From Candidatus Aenigmatarchaeota archaeon (GTDB lineage Archaea; Aenigmatarchaeota; Aenigmatarchaeia; QMZP01; QMZT01), in NCBI GenBank assembly GCA_963726265.1, contig CAVSBQ010000002.1:512001-576000 (forward strand): 64,000 nucleotides of DNA. Direction: 5' to 3'. Position 1 is the first letter of the stretch. Every line of letters begins with the position of its first letter. A model generated the notes under the pieces. It was not told the origin of the DNA, did no database searches, and saw only the letters and a list, made by a program, of their open reading frames with translations. Positions 38,454 to 49,089 of the stretch are shown here, piece after piece. Made by a program: the position numbers and the translations under genes.

Positions 38454-40010
38454 ATGAGCAAGGACGATGCCTCCAAGGACGCGCTCAAAACCGTCGTGAA
38501 GGGCGCGGGCATAAGCCTTGCCGCGCTCATATTTTCCAACCTGGCGCTCTACCTGATGAGGCTGGTTCTTGCGCGGGCTTTGACACCCGAGGAATATGGA
38601 CTCCTTTTCCTGGCGATTTCCATAGTGTCGATAATAATGGGCGTGATAACCCTGAGCCTCGAGGGCGGCGTGCAGAGGTACGTGCCGTATTATCTGGCCA
38701 AAAACGACATGCGCAAGGTCAGGGGCTCTGTGATTTCATCGCTTAAAATCTCGCTGCCCTTCTCGATAATCGTGTTCCTGGCGCTCTTCATCTTTGCCGA
38801 CCAGATATCGGTTCTGGTTTTCCACGACCCTTCGCTTTCGGTGGTCATAAGAATACTTTCGCTGACTCTGCCGTTTTATGTGATTTATAAAATGTTTTCC
38901 TCGCTGATGATCGGCTTCAAAATGATAAAATACGACGCTTATTCATGGTCGGTGGGAAGGCCCCTGTTCACTCTCATATTCCTTTCCCTGTCAATGCTGC
39001 TGGGCTTCGGCCTCGCGGGAGCCACAGCCGGCTACATGATGGGTTACGTGATGGCCGGCGTCCTAGCCTTTGTTTTTGCTGAAAAAATGGTGTATCCGGT
39101 CATAAGCAGCAGGATAAAGGCAGAAAACATGAACAGGAAGCTGCTTGCATTCTCGCTTCCCCTGGTGGTCTTCGGCGTCATGTGGAACGTGATGACAAAG
39201 GTGGACACCATCATGCTTGGCTCACTGAAGTCCTCTTTCGATGTGGGCCTTTACCAGACATCGGTGCCGACTGCGCAGTTCCTCTTCATGATACCCAGCG
39301 CCCTCGGAGCGCTTTTCCTTCCGGTGATATCCGAGCTCCTGTCGAAGGATAAAGGCGAAAACATAGGGACTGTCTACAGCACCGTCTCCAAATGGGTCTT
39401 CTACATAAACCTTCCGCTGCTGCTGCTGTTCGTGATGTATCCCAACGCCGTCATAAACACGCTTTTCGGGGCGGAATACATCGTCGCCGGCAACAGCCTC
39501 AGAATCCTCTCAATCGCATGCTTCATATTCGCCATGGGCATGCTCTCCGGCAACATAATAAGCCTTTACGAGAAGACGAAATACTTCATCCTGAATTCGG
39601 GGGTTTGCCTGGCGATAGGCATCGCCATGAACTACATCCTCATCCCAATATATGGCATCGACGGCGCGGCCACGGCCAACCTGATAACCCTCGCAGTGTA
39701 CACCGCCATGGTAATCTACGAGGCGCGCCTTTTCTCCGGCCACCTGCCTTTCAACAGACACACATTAAATTCGCTGGCCGCGGGCGTCATATCAATACTG
39801 GCCGTGTATTTCTCAACAAAGGTCATGTTTGCGGAGCTTACCATATGGGTGCTGGCGCCGATGTTCATTGTTTTCGTGGCTCTTTACGCGCTCCTGCTGC
39901 TCGTCTTCAGGGGCCTCGGCAAGGAGGACATAATGATCCTCAAGGCAATAGAAGACAAGAGCGGCCTGAAGATAAAGTTCCTGCGCGACCTGATAAAGAA
40001 GTTCACTTGA
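38454..40010 (+). CDS. Polysaccharide/oligosaccharide flippase (Wzx/MOP family)
   Basis: About 14 TM segments, LARALTPEEYG, DTIMLG, VGLYQ, LIPIYGIDGAA. Confidence 0.9.
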   Translation: MSKDDASKDALKTVVKGAGISLAALIFSNLALYLMRLVLARALTPEEYGLLFLAISIVSIIMGVITLSLEGGVQRYVPYYLAKNDMRKVRGSVISSLKISLPFSIIVFLALFIFADQISVLVFHDPSLSVVIRILSLTLPFYVIYKMFSSLMIGFKMIKYDAYSWSVGRPLFTLIFLSLSMLLGFGLAGATAGYMMGYVMAGVLAFVFAEKMVYPVISSRIKAENMNRKLLAFSLPLVVFGVMWNVMTKVDTIMLGSLKSSFDVGLYQTSVPTAQFLFMIPSALGALFLPVISELLSKDKGENIGTVYSTVSKWVFYINLPLLLLFVMYPNAVINTLFGAEYIVAGNSLRILSIACFIFAMGMLSGNIISLYEKTKYFILNSGVCLAIGIAMNYILIPIYGIDGAATANLITLAVYTAMVIYEARLFSGHLPFNRHTLNSLAAGVISILAVYFSTKVMFAELTIWVLAPMFIVFVALYALLLLVFRGLGKEDIMILKAIEDKSGLKIKFLRDLIKKFT

Positions 40011-43000
40011 CTCTGAGTTCCGCAAGGACGGCTTTCTCCAATGAAACCTCGCCGGAAAATGCGGTAGCGTTCGTTTCGGTCGTAAGGCTGTCCTGACTCT
40101 CTGCCTTGTCGCTCAGAATTAGATATTTTATCACAAGCACGTCTTCTTTACCAATATCCCTTCCGAAATTGGTTCTGGAAAAATCTTCGGTTTTTATGAA
40201 AACCCTGCCATCGATAATGCTTGCGTTGTAATATTCCCTTTTAAGCATTCTGAGTTTTTTGCCGAACAAGCCGTGTCCCTTTCCTTTCTCGGAAGCGAGG
40301 AAAACGAAGACAGGGATTCTTTCATCGGTTTCAAAAGTCTCCCCTTCTGTTTCAATTCTTCTGAACGAATTGTAACCGGGCACGCGGAAGCCAGCGGGCA
40401 TTGCATCGCTGATTTCGATTGAGGTGATGTTCATAACATCCGTGCTTCTTATCCTGATCTCGGGGAAGTTAATAGGCGGGAAATATTTTTTCCTGAACAG
40501 CCTTACCTCCTGCGGCACGAATTTCTTGCCTAATTCGAAATCCAGGCCGCCGACCTTGAAGTAGGAGTTCCTTGGTCCTATCGTTATGCTTTCAGAAACG
40601 AAAAGTACTTTGACCGAATACGTGCCTTTATAGCTTGGCTTGAATGAAAATTCTCTTGCTACTGAGGAATTGAAAGGTATTGTCACGTTTTCCTTGAAAT
40701 CCCAGGAATCGTTGTTTCCGTCTGCCCATATGAATAGTTCGCCTGAAACCTCCTCTCCCTGGTTGAATAAAATTACCTGCAGGTTTTCATCCTGGTCGAG
40801 GCCTATATCATTCGTTTCTACGTCCATTTCCAGTTGCGCATCGTATTCCACGGTTATCTCTGCTTCTTCCAAGACGCGTGATACGAACCTGTTATCATGA
40901 ATAATCGCAGGCAAGTAAACATAAACGATCTGCCTGTCGTCGAGCAGTTCCTGGGTTGTGAACCAGTATGTTTCGTTTGGGTAAGGATATGCGATGACCG
41001 GCTCTGCTTTTTCCTTTATGCACGCGACCAGTTTCGCTTCGTCATGCTCGCTCGGTTCCTCGTTCCCGAGGCCGAGCTCTGACATGCAATCTATCAGAAG
41101 CACGGTGTAATTGGTATAATATGAATCGTTATAAATTATGTTCTTTTCGAGGCCGCGCTCACGCAAATACGCCGGTTTGACTTTTACTGATTCCAAGATG
41201 GAATTCGTCGGCAAGACGAACTCCCTGACGAAAACTGGTATCACCGGCCTTTCCTGCTCCGTCAGATATGAATCCGCATTGAAAACGGTCAGGCTCCTGT
41301 TTTGTATGGTGTAATTGCTTTTCACATCCGCGGTTATTGAAAAAGAGCCTGACGGTGTCACGGAAAAGCTCTGTTCCGTGGCGACGGTCTTGGCCCGAAT
41401 GCTCACTGGCTTGTATGCAGGATCGGCGAAAAGTATTCGTTCAATCAGATCCTTGACGCAAAGATATGCGTTTGATTTGGTTAACGGATGTGAAGGATAC
41501 AATACGGCTGCGATCGAACGGTCAGCGGGATTGACGTTCATCACATCACTGAAGGCTTCGCCCAAAGATTTTCCGGACTCCAAGCCGTTGAAAAATGACG
41601 CCGATGTGATGGTCGTGTAAGGGTCGTGTATCACGCCTGAGGAGCCCAGCACCTCGCCGCCCTGCGCCTGGACCTGCCTCTTTATTTCCGACTCCGCCGA
41701 AATGTCATGGTCATCATAAAGGAAACCTGAAAAGTTTATTTCAGTAAAATTGGTTGAGCGGCCATATGTATTTAAATATAATTCAAGCCAGTTTCTGTCT
41801 TCTGGTGGTATTGTCCAGTATTTGTCGCCCAGCCCGAAATAGCCGACGACATCCGCATCGTGGAAATGCTCGTTAAGATTTCCGTCAATGACGGGCAGAT
41901 GATCCGGGAAACCGCCAGGATGCGAAAGCCAGGGGTCCCAGTCAAACTCGAAAAGTGAATACATCACAGTGATGCCCAAATCTGCAAAGGACGGCAGCTT
42001 CCAGAACCAGCCAAATATCCGGCCGAGCCTTTCGCTTACGGCTATTTTGGCGACGTCCTTGAGCAGGTCGTCCATGTCGCCGTTTATTCTTGGCGCATCG
42101 ATTCTCTTCTCAACTATCCTTTCCGTTTCCATGCTTTTCAGAATCATTTTGTCCAAGATTAAGACCTGCGACATTCCTCCGAAGGCAAAAAGCATGTCTG
42201 CAAACTTCCCATGCCTGTATTCTCCTATGAGGACTGCTTTGTTCCCGACCGGGAGTCTCTGCCTAGCGAGATTAAGCGTCGTTTTGCTGGTCAGCCCGTC
42301 CAGCCTGCCTGTCGCCAGTTCAAACCTGCCGTCCCTGTTGACGTCGCCGTACATGATATCCGAGTATATGAAATCGCCGTCCTTGTCATCGAATATCTCA
42401 GAGCCGATGTCAGGAATCTTCCAGAAGGAAACCGAACTTCCGTTACCCAGAATCGCAAGATACAATGGTCCGCCTTTCTTGTAGTCCAGTGATTCAGAAA
42501 ACATCCCGTTGCTTCCCAGATATGCGATGCTCTCCTTTATCTGTTCGAGTGCATGCCATGAACTGCTGTTGAAGATGGGTATGATGAACCCTCTTCTAAT
42601 CCCAGCCAGATAACCAGCTATTTCGCTCTCTGCGCTGTCGAAATTCGCGAGCACGAGGTAATCCGTGTTGTCCCCGTTTTCCTTCAGTTTCTGGACGTAA
42701 AGGTCCTGGATGTCTTCGATGGTTTTGCTTTCAATATCAATAATTTCATAGTGCAGGTCCTGCTCAAAAATGATTGGTAAGCCGAGGTAATATGCTAGAT
42801 TAGATCCTAGTATTGCCTTTGTTTTATCCGCAGCATAAACCGCTTGGGTCACATCAGGGAAGAAGAGTTCCGGTATCTGGGTATACTGGATTTCATATGA
42901 ATTATTCAAGTCCAAGGAAAAGCCGAGGGTGTAGATGTAATCCGGTCCGTATTCATTTATGAATTTTTCAACTTCAGCGGTCAGCGAATCCGATACTATG

Positions 43001-44115
43001 ACCGGAAGCCTTGTCGGCGTCGCTGAAATTATGTTTTTCCAGTCGGAGTTCGCAAGAATCAAGGAGCGATCCGTTGGCTCTGGAACTTGAGGTTCAGGTG
43101 GCTCGGGTGGCGGTAAATCTGTTATGATATACGTCGGCTCGCTTGGCGTGAATTTCCTTACTTTGTATGTGTCCCAGTAGAAGGTTGATTTCTGTGGACC
43201 CCACCAATCTCCAAACACACTTCTTAATGGATGTAACAATCCATATTCCCAAGCATCTGGGGATTTTGAAACTAATTTATTATCTATGTAAATGAAATAA
43301 TTCGTGCCATTCCAGTATATCCCGAATAAGTGCCAGCCTAATGTTGATGGAAATTTTGTATCATAATTATTTAGAATGAGACCATATCTTGCTGTGTAAT
43401 TTTTGACATTGCTACTTTCAAAATAACCGACACCTACGTTTTTAAATTGTCCTCCTGGTTCATCCGCATCTGTCTCAAATGTCTGTATCTGGTCTTCTGG
43501 TAAATTTTCTTTTGTGTCGTAGAAATAGATTTCATAAATATATGAAGGATGTGGTATATCTGTTCTTTTTAAAACGGCCTTCCCATCGGAATTCCCAAAT
43601 ATCTTAACACACGTCTCACCAGTTTTATTATAAATATTAGAAATTGATATTTCAGAGCCCGGAGATTTTTCAACTATGGTCCATTGATTGAGGTCGTTGA
43701 AATCATCAAACAAGGGAAATACACTGCTCCCGTTGCTCTTGCTCTCGGCGTTTTCGTTGCCATAATATATTATCACTGTTGCATTCGAATTCGAAGGGAC
43801 GAATGGCACTTTGATCCAAACGTCTGCATAATTTCCGTCGATTTTTTCCTGTATCCAATAGGGAATTTCGAACTCCTGAATAGAGCTTGCATTGTAGTAA
43901 GTGAATCTCAAGTCATCAAAATCCGGTTGCATTGAATCGTTATAGTCTATTTCCAGCAAAATCTGGTAATCTGTCAGATCATTGCCTGAATTTTCATAGA
44001 CACTTATCATCTTTGCGTATTGCCAATCGGAATTCGGCCAATCACCCGGATACGCATAAACGCTTCCCGCTATTAAGAAGAACGCCAAAACCGAAAAAAT
44101 AAAAAATATTTTCAT
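40003..44115 (-). CDS. Large secreted protein: DUF2341-like N-terminal domain, Pro-rich linker, peptidase C25 (gingipain)-like domain
   Basis: Signal peptide; LTDYQI, DFDDLRF, IPYWI, VWIKVP, IYYGN (DUF2341); YSDIMYGD...ELATGRL, LGEAF, LFADP (C25-like). Confidence 0.75.
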   Translation of the reverse strand: MKIFFIFSVLAFFLIAGSVYAYPGDWPNSDWQYAKMISVYENSGNDLTDYQILLEIDYNDSMQPDFDDLRFTYYNASSIQEFEIPYWIQEKIDGNYADVWIKVPFVPSNSNATVIIYYGNENAESKSNGSSVFPLFDDFNDLNQWTIVEKSPGSEISISNIYNKTGETCVKIFGNSDGKAVLKRTDIPHPSYIYEIYFYDTKENLPEDQIQTFETDADEPGGQFKNVGVGYFESSNVKNYTARYGLILNNYDTKFPSTLGWHLFGIYWNGTNYFIYIDNKLVSKSPDAWEYGLLHPLRSVFGDWWGPQKSTFYWDTYKVRKFTPSEPTYIITDLPPPEPPEPQVPEPTDRSLILANSDWKNIISATPTRLPVIVSDSLTAEVEKFINEYGPDYIYTLGFSLDLNNSYEIQYTQIPELFFPDVTQAVYAADKTKAILGSNLAYYLGLPIIFEQDLHYEIIDIESKTIEDIQDLYVQKLKENGDNTDYLVLANFDSAESEIAGYLAGIRRGFIIPIFNSSSWHALEQIKESIAYLGSNGMFSESLDYKKGGPLYLAILGNGSSVSFWKIPDIGSEIFDDKDGDFIYSDIMYGDVNRDGRFELATGRLDGLTSKTTLNLARQRLPVGNKAVLIGEYRHGKFADMLFAFGGMSQVLILDKMILKSMETERIVEKRIDAPRINGDMDDLLKDVAKIAVSERLGRIFGWFWKLPSFADLGITVMYSLFEFDWDPWLSHPGGFPDHLPVIDGNLNEHFHDADVVGYFGLGDKYWTIPPEDRNWLELYLNTYGRSTNFTEINFSGFLYDDHDISAESEIKRQVQAQGGEVLGSSGVIHDPYTTITSASFFNGLESGKSLGEAFSDVMNVNPADRSIAAVLYPSHPLTKSNAYLCVKDLIERILFADPAYKPVSIRAKTVATEQSFSVTPSGSFSITADVKSNYTIQNRSLTVFNADSYLTEQERPVIPVFVREFVLPTNSILESVKVKPAYLRERGLEKNIIYNDSYYTNYTVLLIDCMSELGLGNEEPSEHDEAKLVACIKEKAEPVIAYPYPNETYWFTTQELLDDRQIVYVYLPAIIHDNRFVSRVLEEAEITVEYDAQLEMDVETNDIGLDQDENLQVILFNQGEEVSGELFIWADGNNDSWDFKENVTIPFNSSVAREFSFKPSYKGTYSVKVLFVSESITIGPRNSYFKVGGLDFELGKKFVPQEVRLFRKKYFPPINFPEIRIRSTDVMNITSIEISDAMPAGFRVPGYNSFRRIETEGETFETDERIPVFVFLASEKGKGHGLFGKKLRMLKREYYNASIIDGRVFIKTEDFSRTNFGRDIGKEDVLVIKYLILSDKAESQDSLTTETNATAFSGEVSLEKAVLAELRVK

Positions 44116-44275
44116 TATTTTTTAATTGCAGAGGTTATTTATAAACTTTTCTATAAAATGTTTAAACATTTACGTAAAATATATAAACATATGGGCTTTG
44201 AACCCTAAAACGAATGTGGCGAGAAAAATGAAATATGATAAATCAATTTAAAAAAAGACTTCATTAAAAGGAACT

Positions 44276-45340
44276 ATGCAATACGTAAAGAGAATAAGAA
44301 TATTCACGGGGATGACGTGTAACGTAAGCTGCAGATTTTGCTATTATATAGGCCTTCACAAGGACAGGACAACCGAAAACATAAAGAAGCAGATGGATTT
44401 TGCAAAGAAATACAGCATGGAGCATATCGATTTCTCCGGCGGTGAGCCGACGATGAGGAAGGATTTTGTGGAACTAGTAAAATATGCCAAAAAAAGCGGC
44501 TTCAGAACGATATGCACCCTCACGAACGGCCAGAAGTTCGTTGACATGGATTTTTTAAAGGAATGTGTAGACGCGGGATTGAATGAAATATTGTTTTCAG
44601 TTCATGGGTACGACGAAAAGAATCACGACTGGCTGACCCAGGTTCAGGGTTCGTTTCAAAAGCTGATGAAATCAGTGGAAAACGCAAAGGAACTCGGTAT
44701 AAGGTTCAGAACCAACACGACTGTCACCAAGGCAAACTATAAAAACCTCGCTGACCATGCAAAAATTTTCATAAAGATGAAACCATTGCAGTCAAACTTC
44801 ATTTTATTCAACGACTGGGACTGCGCGGAAAAAGTGGCCAAGGACTTCTCTGTCAAATATTCGATTGCTTCACCGTACCTGAAAAAGGCAATAGACATGA
44901 TGAAGAGTCATGTCAAATACATAAATGTAAGATACATACCATTCTGCTTCATGCTCGGATATGAAAAATATGTCTGTGATTATCCGCAAAAAATATATGA
45001 TTCTTTTGAATGGTCCCAGCGCCTGCTGAGCAGGTTCGGCGATCCGCTGGATTTCAAAAACACGCTGAAGCATTATGGTTTTATCGTCTCAGGTACCTTC
45101 AAATTCAGGCCATCACCCAAATTAAACTGGAAGGATTACATTGAGGACGTTTTCCTCGCCTACAGGAGAAACACATATGTAAAACCGAAGGATATATGCG
45201 GCAAGTGCAAGTTCTACAACATCTGTGACGGCCTTGAACGCTCCTATGCGAAAATAATAGGAACAGGTGAACTCAAGCCGCAGCCCGGTAAAAAAATAAC
45301 TGACCCCGTTTACTTCAGGCGCGAATTTTATGGTGATTAA
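44276..45340 (+). CDS. Radical SAM protein
   Basis: CNVSCRFC, FSGGEPT, TNG, and C-terminal CGKC.....CDG cluster. Confidence 0.9.
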   Translation: MQYVKRIRIFTGMTCNVSCRFCYYIGLHKDRTTENIKKQMDFAKKYSMEHIDFSGGEPTMRKDFVELVKYAKKSGFRTICTLTNGQKFVDMDFLKECVDAGLNEILFSVHGYDEKNHDWLTQVQGSFQKLMKSVENAKELGIRFRTNTTVTKANYKNLADHAKIFIKMKPLQSNFILFNDWDCAEKVAKDFSVKYSIASPYLKKAIDMMKSHVKYINVRYIPFCFMLGYEKYVCDYPQKIYDSFEWSQRLLSRFGDPLDFKNTLKHYGFIVSGTFKFRPSPKLNWKDYIEDVFLAYRRNTYVKPKDICGKCKFYNICDGLERSYAKIIGTGELKPQPGKKITDPVYFRREFYGD

Positions 45341-46193
45341 ATTGGAAAGAGTTTCTATTATCGTTCCAGTCTTCAATAGCGAAAAAACCGTGAAAAGATG
45401 CATCGAATCGCTTCTTGACTTAGATTATCCAAAAAACAAACTCGAGATAATTTTCGTTGATGACGGCTCCAAGGATATGACCAAGGAAATAATAAAATCA
45501 TATAGACAAATAAGGTTAGTAGAACAGGAACATCGTGGCCCTGCAGCGACGCGCAATAATGGCTTCCGCAATTCTTCAGGCAATTTCATATTTTTCACCG
45601 ATTCCGACTGCATCGTCCCGAAAAACTGGATAAAAGAAATGCTTGGAAGGTTCGGAAAGGACATAGCGATGGTTGGAGGCGGGCTAGTGCCTTTTTCCCT
45701 TGAAACGCTGAGCGAAAAATTTGAGCAAAATCGGAGAGACAGGTTATATGGCGACAAAAAGCGCTTAATAGAAGCGCTTCCGTCGTGCAACATGGCAATC
45801 AGAAGAGACGTGTTCGAAAAGGTGAAAGGCTTCGACGAGCAGTTCAGATATCCGTCATTCGAGGACTATGACCTTTGTTATCGCATACGTGATTTGGGCT
45901 ACAACATCTTATACGACCCTAAAATTGGCGTAGTGCACCTGCATTCTTCGACATGGAAAGGTGTTTTCAGAAGGGCTTTTATGCACGGTAGAGAAGGTGT
46001 AAAATTTAGAAAAAAAATAAAATTTTTATCAAGTAAGGAAATTTTATTTTTTTTTAAATTATTTTTATTACCATTAATGACACTCAAATATTCTAAGAAA
46101 TTCATATTGGTATCAATGCTATACAATTTCATAACTCTTGTTGGTGAAATATTTGGTATTATTAAATATGGAATGAAACGTGAATTTGAGTGA
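45330..46193 (+). CDS. Glycosyltransferase family 2
   Basis: VSIIVPVFN, VDDGSKD, RNNG, FTDSD, GFDE, EDYDL. Confidence 0.92.
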   Translation: MVIKLERVSIIVPVFNSEKTVKRCIESLLDLDYPKNKLEIIFVDDGSKDMTKEIIKSYRQIRLVEQEHRGPAATRNNGFRNSSGNFIFFTDSDCIVPKNWIKEMLGRFGKDIAMVGGGLVPFSLETLSEKFEQNRRDRLYGDKKRLIEALPSCNMAIRRDVFEKVKGFDEQFRYPSFEDYDLCYRIRDLGYNILYDPKIGVVHLHSSTWKGVFRRAFMHGREGVKFRKKIKFLSSKEILFFFKLFLLPLMTLKYSKKFILVSMLYNFITLVGEIFGIIKYGMKREFE

Positions 46194-46198
46194 TATAA

Positions 46199-46876
46199 AT
46201 GAAATCTAGAAATCCTGAAGTCTCCATAATAATAGCTTGCATGAAGAATTCTAAACATCTAGAACGCATAAAACAACAATTGAAAAACCAAACCTATAAA
46301 AATTTTGAAACAATAGTGATTGATAACGATGATCCAGTCGCGAAAAAACGCAATGATGGATTTAAGAAAGCGAGGGGAGAATGGATAATCTTCATAGATG
46401 ATGATATCACAATTCCCTCGAATTGGCTGAAAGAATTTATGGACAATAGAATGAAGAATGCTATAATAGGTGGTCCTCAGTCTAGATTTGAATTCGGTGA
46501 AAGCCACATAGTTTCAACCTGTAATGTTTTAGTGCATAGAGATGTGATGAAAAAGATAAATTTTGATGAGAATTTCAAAAGAGCTGCCCATGAGGATCTA
46601 GATTGGTGCATACAAGCAAAAAAGAAGGGGATTAAAGTGATTAACATATCTAATGCGTGTGTTTATCATATGGGTGGTGGCGGAACACGACTTAATCGTT
46701 TAAAGAAAGAATTTTATTTCGGATCTGAACGTCTAAAAGTTGAAAGAAAATGGGGCAATGTCATATATCCATGGAAAAAACAACTAACCAATAAATTATA
46801 TATTATAATCGGAAATATTTTTCACATAATAGGAATATTCTATGGTTTATTGAAATATAAGATATTGAGAAGATGA
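46199..46876 (+). CDS. Glycosyltransferase family 2
   Basis: VSIII, KRNDG, FIDDD, FDE..HEDLD. Confidence 0.85.
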   Translation: MKSRNPEVSIIIACMKNSKHLERIKQQLKNQTYKNFETIVIDNDDPVAKKRNDGFKKARGEWIIFIDDDITIPSNWLKEFMDNRMKNAIIGGPQSRFEFGESHIVSTCNVLVHRDVMKKINFDENFKRAAHEDLDWCIQAKKKGIKVINISNACVYHMGGGGTRLNRLKKEFYFGSERLKVERKWGNVIYPWKKQLTNKLYIIIGNIFHIIGIFYGLLKYKILRR

Positions 46877-47853
46877 AAATTAAAAATGCTTTCGGATATG
46901 CAAAAGATTATATTAGAATAAAATGTGGTTTGGAAACACCACTTTCATTGGTTGTGTTCATTTCTGATAGATGTAATTTGAAATGTAGGTTTTGTTTTTG
47001 GTGGAAAGCGGATCGGAAACCACAGGAAATGAGTTTGGAAAAGTATGAAAAGATTGCTAAATCTTTGGTATATCCTCTAAAAAATTTACACATAACGGGC
47101 GGTGAACCATTTTTCCGCGATGATATAGTTGATATTGTTAAAACATTTGTATTGAATAATAAAACTGAAAGTGTAACAATTTCAACTAATGGTACCTTGA
47201 CTGATATAATATTAAAAAGATGTCTAGAGATGAAAAAGTTTGTTCCCAAACTTGATATTTTTCTTTCGCTTGATGGATTCGAAAAAACGCATGATTGGAT
47301 AAGGGGTGTGAAAGGCACTTTTAAGAAGGCATATAAAACTGTGGAATTGTTGACAAAAAATGGAATAAATGTTCATATTTGTGCTACTCTAACAAATGAA
47401 ACCGACGAAGATGAACTTTTAAAATTATCAGAGCATACGGTTAAAAAACTAAATTTGCCTTTTTACGGCGATATTGTAAGAGGTAATCCGAGAATTCCTT
47501 ATATTAAACCTCCAATATTCAACAAAAAATTTTTGAAATTACATGATGAAAAGAAATATGCTTTCGGAAATTACATGATGAAAAGAAAGTTTGATATCAT
47601 TGATAGAAAATTTAAATTTAATTGTGTTGCGGGTAATTTTGCAGGTGTAATTTATTCTAATGGTGATATATCGATATGTGAACTTGTCAAACCGTTTGGT
47701 AATCTTAAAGAAACAAATTTCAATTTTAGAAAGTTGTGGAAAAAACGTCCTAAAGTTCCTAAAGGATGTGCATGCACAGAGGGTTGTTTCATGAGTCCTT
47801 CGTTGTATTATAGTTTGCATTATATCAAAAATAGAAAGTTTAGAGCCAGATGA
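46873..47853 (+). CDS. Radical SAM protein with SPASM/twitch-like C-terminus
   Basis: CNLKCRFC, ITGGEPF, STNG, SLDG..HD.IRG, CVAG...NGDISICE, CACTEGC. Confidence 0.9.
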   Translation: MKIKNAFGYAKDYIRIKCGLETPLSLVVFISDRCNLKCRFCFWWKADRKPQEMSLEKYEKIAKSLVYPLKNLHITGGEPFFRDDIVDIVKTFVLNNKTESVTISTNGTLTDIILKRCLEMKKFVPKLDIFLSLDGFEKTHDWIRGVKGTFKKAYKTVELLTKNGINVHICATLTNETDEDELLKLSEHTVKKLNLPFYGDIVRGNPRIPYIKPPIFNKKFLKLHDEKKYAFGNYMMKRKFDIIDRKFKFNCVAGNFAGVIYSNGDISICELVKPFGNLKETNFNFRKLWKKRPKVPKGCACTEGCFMSPSLYYSLHYIKNRKFRAR

Positions 47854-47902
47854 AAAAAATTATAGTTTAAATTTGTCATTTTAAAACCAGTGAAGTGTGA
47901 TT

Positions 47903-48913
47903 ATGAAAAATCCAAAAGTCTCGATTATAATAATAAATTATAATGGTAAGGAATATCTGAAAAACTGTCTGGAATCGATCAAAAAAAATACAAAATATCC
48001 GAATTATGAAGTTGTGGTAGTTGATAATCACTCAAACGATAAAAGTGTAGAAATGATTAAAGAAAAATTTCCAAATGTGAAAGTTATCGAAAATAAAAAA
48101 AATTATGCTTTCGCCGGTGCATCTAACATAGGAATCAAAAAAACCAATGGTAAATATGTTGTTTTATTGGATAATGATACAATTGTTTATCTATCTTGGC
48201 TTTCTAAACTCGTTGAAACTGCAGAAAATAATGAAAAAATTGGTATAGTATCTTCCTTTATTATACGCAAAGGTTTGTATGATTATTACAAAGGAAAGGT
48301 TTCATGGAATGACGATAAAATAACAAAAGTTATAATGAACGATTTTCGTAAAAAATATCCTGCATTAAAACGAATTGGTAAATTTTCACATGTCTCGGTC
48401 ACGGCCACTCTTTTAAGGCGTAGTCTATTTGATAAGATAGGCCCTTTCAGTGACTATACGTTTCTATTTTGGGAAGACACCGAACTCTGTTGGAGAGCTG
48501 TTCTGTGCGGATATACCGTTCTTTGCGATTTTAATTCATTAGTATTTCATTACGGTGGAGGTACGCATAAAAATAATCCTATTTGGACTTATGAAAAAAC
48601 CAAAAATAGAATCTATACTTATTTAAAGTTACTTGATTGGTATCATTCCTTGCTATATACTTTCATGGTTTTAATACAAAATTTTGGCGGGATGATAACT
48701 GATATAAAAACAGTCAAACCGCGTTTAAGAGCTTTCGTGCAGATTTTGAAAGATATCAAATTAATCCTGAATGAAAGAAAAAAATTTGAAAGGATAAAAA
48801 CTGTGGATACCAAAAAATTAATTAATTTGATGAAAAAAAGCTACAAATTTGAAGAAATAAGAGTAGCGTATGAAAAAAGTTATTATGGAATTCGTGATGA
48901 ATTGAATTATTAG
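47903..48913 (+). CDS. Glycosyltransferase family 2 (rhamnosyltransferase-like)
   Basis: VSIIIINYNG, VVDNHSND, LLDND, EDTELCWR. Confidence 0.9.
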   Translation: MKNPKVSIIIINYNGKEYLKNCLESIKKNTKYPNYEVVVVDNHSNDKSVEMIKEKFPNVKVIENKKNYAFAGASNIGIKKTNGKYVVLLDNDTIVYLSWLSKLVETAENNEKIGIVSSFIIRKGLYDYYKGKVSWNDDKITKVIMNDFRKKYPALKRIGKFSHVSVTATLLRRSLFDKIGPFSDYTFLFWEDTELCWRAVLCGYTVLCDFNSLVFHYGGGTHKNNPIWTYEKTKNRIYTYLKLLDWYHSLLYTFMVLIQNFGGMITDIKTVKPRLRAFVQILKDIKLILNERKKFERIKTVDTKKLINLMKKSYKFEEIRVAYEKSYYGIRDELNY

Positions 48914-49089
48914 ATTTATGTATGTTAATAATCATCGATATAAATTCATAGAAAACAATTATGTATTTCTAACATCATTTATTTTTAATCAGTGGAAAAT
49001 GGCGATAAATATCGCAATTCATGCCTAATTTTAAGATATGGGATATTATTGCTCCGTACTTTTAAATCTCTTCATAATATACATAGAAC

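Noticed and set aside
43075..43086. VPEP motif as a PEP-CTERM sorting signal for the nearby sortase-like protein
   Set aside because: It lies in an internal Pro-rich linker with no following TM helix or basic tail.
44191..44210. GGGTTCAAAGCCC on the minus strand as a tRNA T-arm or att-site remnant
   Set aside because: Only a 3-bp stem, with no acceptor, D or anticodon arms around it.
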